This document shows, piece by piece, positions 59,584-64,000 of a stretch of 64,000 nt of DNA; position 1 is the first letter of the stretch; each line of letters starts with the position of its first letter. Below the pieces are notes generated by a model that saw only the letters and a list, made by a program, of their open reading frames with translations, was not told the origin of the DNA and did no database searches. The stretch is from Candidatus Latescibacterota bacterium (lineage in GTDB: Bacteria > Latescibacterota > UBA2968 > UBA8231), in contig CBDCSU010000005.1 in the NCBI GenBank assembly GCA_965221775.1, positions 352,001-416,000 of the forward strand. Reading direction: 5' to 3'. The position numbers and the translations under genes are program-made.

Positions 59584-60546
59584 ATGACCCAGGAAACCCT
59601 GATGATCATCGGGTTCCTGCTCGGCGCCTATTCCATCGTCGGCAACGACGCGATCCAGACCCTCGGCACCTTCCTCAGCTCCAACTCGCACCGTCCCTGG
59701 TGGGTGCTCTGGATCTTCGGCGGGGGGATCATCACCGTGGTCCTCGTGTACGGGTGGATGGTCCACTCCGGGGACGTCTCCTACGGCCGGCTGCAGGCGA
59801 TCCCGGTGCCGGACCAGTTCGTCTGGATCTACTGCGTGCCCCCCTTCGTGCTGCTCCTGCTGACGCGCTTCGGGATCCCGGTGAGCACCACCTTCCTCAC
59901 CCTGACGATCTTCGCCCCCAAGGCGCTGCCGGCGATGCTGGTCAAGTCGCTGCTGGGGTATGCGACCGCCTTCATCGCCGCCATCCTCGTCTACAAGCTG
60001 GTCACCCGCGCCCTCGAGCACCGCTTCAACCAGACCGAGGGGCCCACCGGCGGCTGGTGGGTGGTGGCCCAGTGGTGCTCCACCGGCTTCCTCTGGAGCC
60101 AGTGGCTGATCCAGGACCTGGCCAACATCTACGTCTTCCTGCCCCGGGACCCGGTGACCCTTACGCCGACCATGTCCACGGGGTGGTTCGCCCTCAGCGT
60201 CGTCGTCCTCGTGGCCCTCCTCGGCTACATCTTCTACACCCACGGCGGCGCCATCCAGAAGGTGGTGCTCACCAAGACGAACACCACCGACATCCGCTCG
60301 GCGACCTTCGTCGACCTCATCTACGGGATCGTGCTGTTCCTGTTCAAAGAGGTCAGCAACCTGCCCATGAGCACGACCTGGGTCTTCGTGGGTTTGCTGG
60401 CCGGACGGGAGATCGCCATCGCCTGGAACGAGAAGCACCGAGGCCGCCCGGAGGTCACCCGCCTGGTGCTCTCCGACCTGGCCAGGATCTTCTCCGGACT
60501 CGCGGTGAGCGTCGCCCTGGCGCTGCTGCTGCCCCTGCTGATGTAG
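59584..60546 (+). CDS. Polytopic membrane protein, distantly PiT/PHO4 (phosphate/sulfate permease)-like
   Basis: Two repeats carrying GNDAIQTLGT / DLANIYVFLP and GIPVSTTF / LPMSTTW, which resemble the PiT GAND..N and P.STT signatures. Confidence 0.7.
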   Translation: MTQETLMIIGFLLGAYSIVGNDAIQTLGTFLSSNSHRPWWVLWIFGGGIITVVLVYGWMVHSGDVSYGRLQAIPVPDQFVWIYCVPPFVLLLLTRFGIPVSTTFLTLTIFAPKALPAMLVKSLLGYATAFIAAILVYKLVTRALEHRFNQTEGPTGGWWVVAQWCSTGFLWSQWLIQDLANIYVFLPRDPVTLTPTMSTGWFALSVVVLVALLGYIFYTHGGAIQKVVLTKTNTTDIRSATFVDLIYGIVLFLFKEVSNLPMSTTWVFVGLLAGREIAIAWNEKHRGRPEVTRLVLSDLARIFSGLAVSVALALLLPLLM

Positions 60547-60567
60547 CCGCAGCCGCGGAGCGGATCC

Positions 60568-61752
60568 TCACCAGCCCTTCCAGCTGCCGTCGGCGTGCCG
60601 GTACTGGCGGTACGGCAGCGGCTCGTACGGCAGCTTCTCGATGTCGCTCGCCTTCACCGTGACGCCGAGCCCCGGCGCCTCGGAGAGACTGATGTGGCCG
60701 CCGGCGATGCTCCAGTCGTGCTCGACGTACTCGCCGAAGCTGTCGAACCAGGAGCGGCTCATCTCCTGGATCAGGAAGTTGGGTGTCACGGCGTCGGCGG
60801 TGAGCGAGGCGGCCAGCGTCAGCGGTCCGCCGGCGTTGTGGGGCGCCATCAGCATCTGCTGCGGCCGTGCGGCACGTCCGATCTCCACCAGGCCGGTGAT
60901 GCCCGAGCAGTGGGAGACATCGGGCTGCAGATAGGCGCAGGCGCGGCGCTCGATGAGGGGCTGGAAGTCGGACAGAGTGAAGAGCTTCTCCCCCGCGGCG
61001 ACCGGTACCGGACTCTTCCGCGACACCTCCAGCAGGGCCTCCACCGAGCCGACCTTCACCGGCTCCTCGAGGAACAGCGGCCGGTACGGAGCGACCGCCT
61101 CGGCGAAGGCGAGGCTCAGCTCCGGCGTGGGGCTGCCGTGGGCGTCGAGGAGCAGGTCGAGGCCGTCGCCCACGGCCTCGCGCATGGCCCGCACGCAGGC
61201 CGTGGAATGGTCGACGGCCCCGCGGTCCACGGGCCAGGACCGCGTCTCCAGGGGGTTGCCCTTGACGCCGGCGAAGCCCGCCTCGAGCGCCTCCCGGGCG
61301 CCGGCGGCGGCGGCCTCCGGCGATTCCAGGGAGGTCGAGGTGTACACGCGCACCCGGTCCCGGCGCTTGCCGCCGAGGATGGTGTGGGCCGGCACGCCCC
61401 AGGCCTTCCCGGCGATGTCGTAGAGGGCCTGGTTCACCGCCGCCAGGGCGCTGCCGAAGACGGGTCCGCTTTTCCATGGCATGCGGTCCTGCACGTCCTC
61501 GCACAGGGCCTCCACCGGCAGCGGGTCGCGGCCGACGAGCAGCTCCTCCCAAGCGTGGAGGGCCGCCTCCACCGGCTCGGTGAGCCACTCGCCGGTGCCC
61601 TCGCCCCAGCCGCTGATGCCGGCGTCGGTCCGCAGCTCCAGGAACAGCCACGGCTTGGAGGTGGAGCACAGCAGCTGTCCGGTGGCCGGGTCGCGGATCA
61701 ACTGCCCGGTGGGGACGCTGAACTTGAAGGTGCGCAGGGAACGGATCTTCAC
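60568..61752 (-). CDS. Mandelate racemase/enolase superfamily acid-sugar dehydratase (DgoD-like)
   Basis: GWGE, A.YDI.GK..GVP....LGG, D.H, FLEEP, AAGE, LQPD..H.SGI, APHN..GP, IQE, PGLG. Confidence 0.88.
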   Translation of the reverse strand: MKIRSLRTFKFSVPTGQLIRDPATGQLLCSTSKPWLFLELRTDAGISGWGEGTGEWLTEPVEAALHAWEELLVGRDPLPVEALCEDVQDRMPWKSGPVFGSALAAVNQALYDIAGKAWGVPAHTILGGKRRDRVRVYTSTSLESPEAAAAGAREALEAGFAGVKGNPLETRSWPVDRGAVDHSTACVRAMREAVGDGLDLLLDAHGSPTPELSLAFAEAVAPYRPLFLEEPVKVGSVEALLEVSRKSPVPVAAGEKLFTLSDFQPLIERRACAYLQPDVSHCSGITGLVEIGRAARPQQMLMAPHNAGGPLTLAASLTADAVTPNFLIQEMSRSWFDSFGEYVEHDWSIAGGHISLSEAPGLGVTVKASDIEKLPYEPLPYRQYRHADGSWKGW

Positions 61753-61779
61753 GGCGGGTGGCCTCCTCGGGCTGGTGCC

Positions 61780-62775
61780 TCAGTCGAGCTGGGCGTGCTC
61801 CTGGATGATCTCCTGGCGGAAGCGGAAGACCTGGGGGTCGGCGGCGTCGACGCGCACGCGCACCCAGTGCACCTGCGGCGCCCCGAAGACCTCCAGGCGT
61901 GTGAAGTTGTCCAGGCGCCGTCCGCTGGACGGCCCCAGGAGGGGCTTGTCGACGCGGAAGTAGTGGGAGTCCCCGTGGACGAGGACGACGGGCCCGGCGA
62001 AGGCGGAGACCTCGGCGGCCAGGGCTTCGATGAACCCGGTGTAGGGCTCTGGCGGGTCCGCCCCCTGGTGGCGGTCGAAGCGCGGGTTGGCGTGGATGGC
62101 GATGATCACTCCGGCCGCGTCCGACTCCTCCGCCGCCTGGAAGGCCTGGCGCATCCAGGCGAGGGCCGCGCCGGTGCGCCGCGTCACCTCGGCGTCGTCG
62201 GCCGGGGTCCGGTCCGGGAAGGGGGCCAGGGCGTTGCGGCTGCCCACGAGGTGCAGGGTGGCGAAGACGACAGCGCCCCGGCTCCAGCGGACGTTCTCGG
62301 GGAACTCCGCCCAGGCCGGGTCCGCCGCCTGGGAGACCACCGCCAGGGAGCCGCCTCCCAGGACATTTCCCGGCGGCGCGAAGAACAGGGCCCGCAGCTT
62401 CGCCAGCCGCTCCAGGGGCGCGTGGAACCCGGCCCCCGGCCGGTGGCAGTCGGTCCAGTCGTTGTCCCCCGGCGTCAGCACAAAGGGATGCTCGAAGGTG
62501 GAGAACAGGTGGAGCCGCGACTCCAGGGCCTCGTCGGCGCAGGAGGTGGCGCCGCCCTTGATGTCCCCCACGTGCAGCACGAAGGCCAGGTCCTCGGCGT
62601 TGATGCGGTCCCGGAGCCGGGGGAAGCGCAGGCTGTCCGCCTCGCTGTAAGGCACGTCGCCGATGGCGGCGAACTCGAAGGCTTCGGACAACACAGGCTG
62701 CGCGCCCCACGGGAGCAGGACCACGGCCCAGCGGAGAACGGCGCGGGCGGCTTCCTTCACGGCGTCAGGGAACAT
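61780..62775 (-). CDS. Secreted calcineurin-like metallophosphoesterase
   Basis: GDVPY, HVGDIK.G, TPGDNDWTDC, VHGDSH, with a signal-like N-terminus. Confidence 0.88.
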   Translation of the reverse strand: MFPDAVKEAARAVLRWAVVLLPWGAQPVLSEAFEFAAIGDVPYSEADSLRFPRLRDRINAEDLAFVLHVGDIKGGATSCADEALESRLHLFSTFEHPFVLTPGDNDWTDCHRPGAGFHAPLERLAKLRALFFAPPGNVLGGGSLAVVSQAADPAWAEFPENVRWSRGAVVFATLHLVGSRNALAPFPDRTPADDAEVTRRTGAALAWMRQAFQAAEESDAAGVIIAIHANPRFDRHQGADPPEPYTGFIEALAAEVSAFAGPVVLVHGDSHYFRVDKPLLGPSSGRRLDNFTRLEVFGAPQVHWVRVRVDAADPQVFRFRQEIIQEHAQLD

Positions 62776-63085
62776 CTTCCCACTCCTCTCCGTAGTGAAA
62801 GGTGATCTCCTCGTCCTCGCGGATGATGCGCCGGGCGTAGAGGCGGTCGCCGTCGAACTCGGCGTTCGGCTTGCCCGAGTGGTTGAGGAAGCGCAGGCCG
62901 CTGCGGCCCAGCCGGCCCACGGTCTTGCCGTCGGTGCGCTCCACCCACAGGACGTAGGTGCCGTCGCGTTTTGTGTTGACCCCGGTGTACACGCCGATCA
63001 GCTCGCCGCGGGGGATCCGGCGGGCGGCGAAGACGCCGGTGCCGTGAATGGGGCTGGGGGCGTTGTAGTAGTTGCGGTTCCTCAC
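62765..63085 (-). CDS. Minimal SET domain protein (putative protein-lysine methyltransferase)
   Basis: SPIHGTGVFA.R.I..GE.I..Y.G, RFLNHS..PN, EEITFHYG. GTG 63085 overlaps the upstream TGA (GTGA); GTG 63103 is an alternative start. Confidence 0.88.
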   Translation of the reverse strand: MRNRNYYNAPSPIHGTGVFAARRIPRGELIGVYTGVNTKRDGTYVLWVERTDGKTVGRLGRSGLRFLNHSGKPNAEFDGDRLYARRIIREDEEITFHYGEEWEDVP

Positions 63086-64000
63086 GCGAAATCCGATCTC
63101 CACAGATGGACGGCCCTTGCCGCGAGCTGCCGTTGCCGTTCGTCCACCAGTTCCGGCGTCCATTCCTCGGGCGCCATCCGGGGAATCCCCCAAGTCAGGG
63201 CATATCCGCTGTTCTCGTAGGCTGTGCGTTTTTCGCCGTATGTTGCATTTCCGACGGCGCGATTGGCGGAGGCTTCGAGAAGGGTGAGGTTGCCGAGACG
63301 GTACATCGACGCTTCCCAGGTCCCAGGCGGGAAGGACTCGCTCCAGGCTTCCACCGGATTCTCCGGCAGGACATGCTCGATCGTGCCGGGATCCGTGTCC
63401 GGATCACAAGCACGGTCGGCGGCGTCTTCTTCGAGCCGCGCGAGGATGTACTTGGCCAGTCTCCTTCTCGAGCCGCGGGTATTCACGCTGAGGAGGGCGA
63501 AGTCCTGGGCCATCTTCACGTCGTCCACGTAGATCGGCTTCAGGTGTTCGAAGACCTCCGAGGGACCGGCGGCGGTCCTGTCAAGCACCGCCTTGGCCGC
63601 GGCGTGGTAGACGGGTTCGAGGGCATTCGTGTTGAGGCGGCTGACCACGGTGTAACGGCACGAGACCACGCTGACGAGCTTCAGGATGCGGACGAAATCC
63701 TCCCTCATGGACTCCCATGCGGCGAAGAGAAGCGGCGTCGCCTGACGTACTCGAAAGAGGTCGAGTTCGCGGATGAATGGCCTCGCGGCCGGCCATTCCA
63801 TCCAGTAGCTGTGGTTCGGGTCCGAAATCGCGGAGAACAGCTCGGCCCGCCTTTCGAGGTCGTCGAGGAGGGTGAAGACATCCTGTGTCGTCCTCGTCCG
63901 GTCCCGCACCAGCTTGAAGAGGCGCCCGCTGCGAACCTTCGGAAGCTCGCAGAGCATGTGATAGCGCAGGAACTCCGGAAACCGCTCCTGTTCCACCGTC
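63082..64000 (-). CDS. DUF1524 HNH-domain protein, likely the C-terminal part of a DUF262-DUF1524 (GmrSD-like) nuclease; 5' part outside the window
   Basis: TIEHVLPEN, RLGNLTLLE...N...GN..Y.EK...Y..S, WTPE....RQ..LA..A..LW. The DUF262 domain is inferred, not visible here. Confidence 0.85.
   Translation of the reverse strand, partial: TVEQERFPEFLRYHMLCELPKVRSGRLFKLVRDRTRTTQDVFTLLDDLERRAELFSAISDPNHSYWMEWPAARPFIRELDLFRVRQATPLLFAAWESMREDFVRILKLVSVVSCRYTVVSRLNTNALEPVYHAAAKAVLDRTAAGPSEVFEHLKPIYVDDVKMAQDFALLSVNTRGSRRRLAKYILARLEEDAADRACDPDTDPGTIEHVLPENPVEAWSESFPPGTWEASMYRLGNLTLLEASANRAVGNATYGEKRTAYENSGYALTWGIPRMAPEEWTPELVDERQRQLAARAVHLWRSDFA

Overview
A very GC-rich bacterial window. Gene content (FlgD-Ig and CHU_C-type C-terminal sorting domains, DUF4159, DUF4838, DUF6785, form II Cox cluster) suggests an FCB/PVC-related lineage such as Latescibacterota or Poribacteria; this is inference only. 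Five blocks: (1) 1-22.6 kb, an uncharacterised cell-envelope locus with two secreted proteins bearing T9SS-like C-terminal domains, four paralogous ~900-aa putative outer-membrane proteins with Asp-rich Ca-binding-like repeats, an 1100-aa TPR protein, a DUF4159 protein with a TonB-type SxxxH membrane anchor, a lipoprotein with a TonB-C/AgmX-PglI domain and an FGE-sulfatase lipoprotein. Two of the four paralogs form a ~2.7-kb near-identical inverted repeat around ~10.7 kb and differ mainly in discrete hypervariable patches. (2) 22.6-36.6 kb, a glycan-utilisation-like island (two DUF4838 genes, a frameshifted third copy, a DUF6785/6784 membrane protein, secreted GH-like proteins). (3) 37-45 kb, housekeeping and catabolic genes (YugP-like peptidase, DUF502, queC, WbpD-like acetyltransferase, FAH family, two MFS, RraA family, Cys/Met PLP lyase). 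(4) 45-57 kb, a FolC-ATP-grasp fusion, moaA and a form-II-type coxGSLM cluster with coxDE, xdhC and mocA. (5) 57-64 kb, an ABC-2 exporter, a PiT-like membrane protein and a minus-strand run of DUF1524/GmrSD-like nuclease (cut by the window edge), SET domain, metallophosphoesterase and enolase-superfamily dehydratase. No rRNA, tRNA, CRISPR array, transposase, integrase or reverse transcriptase was recognised. All family calls are by-eye motif recognition, not database hits.
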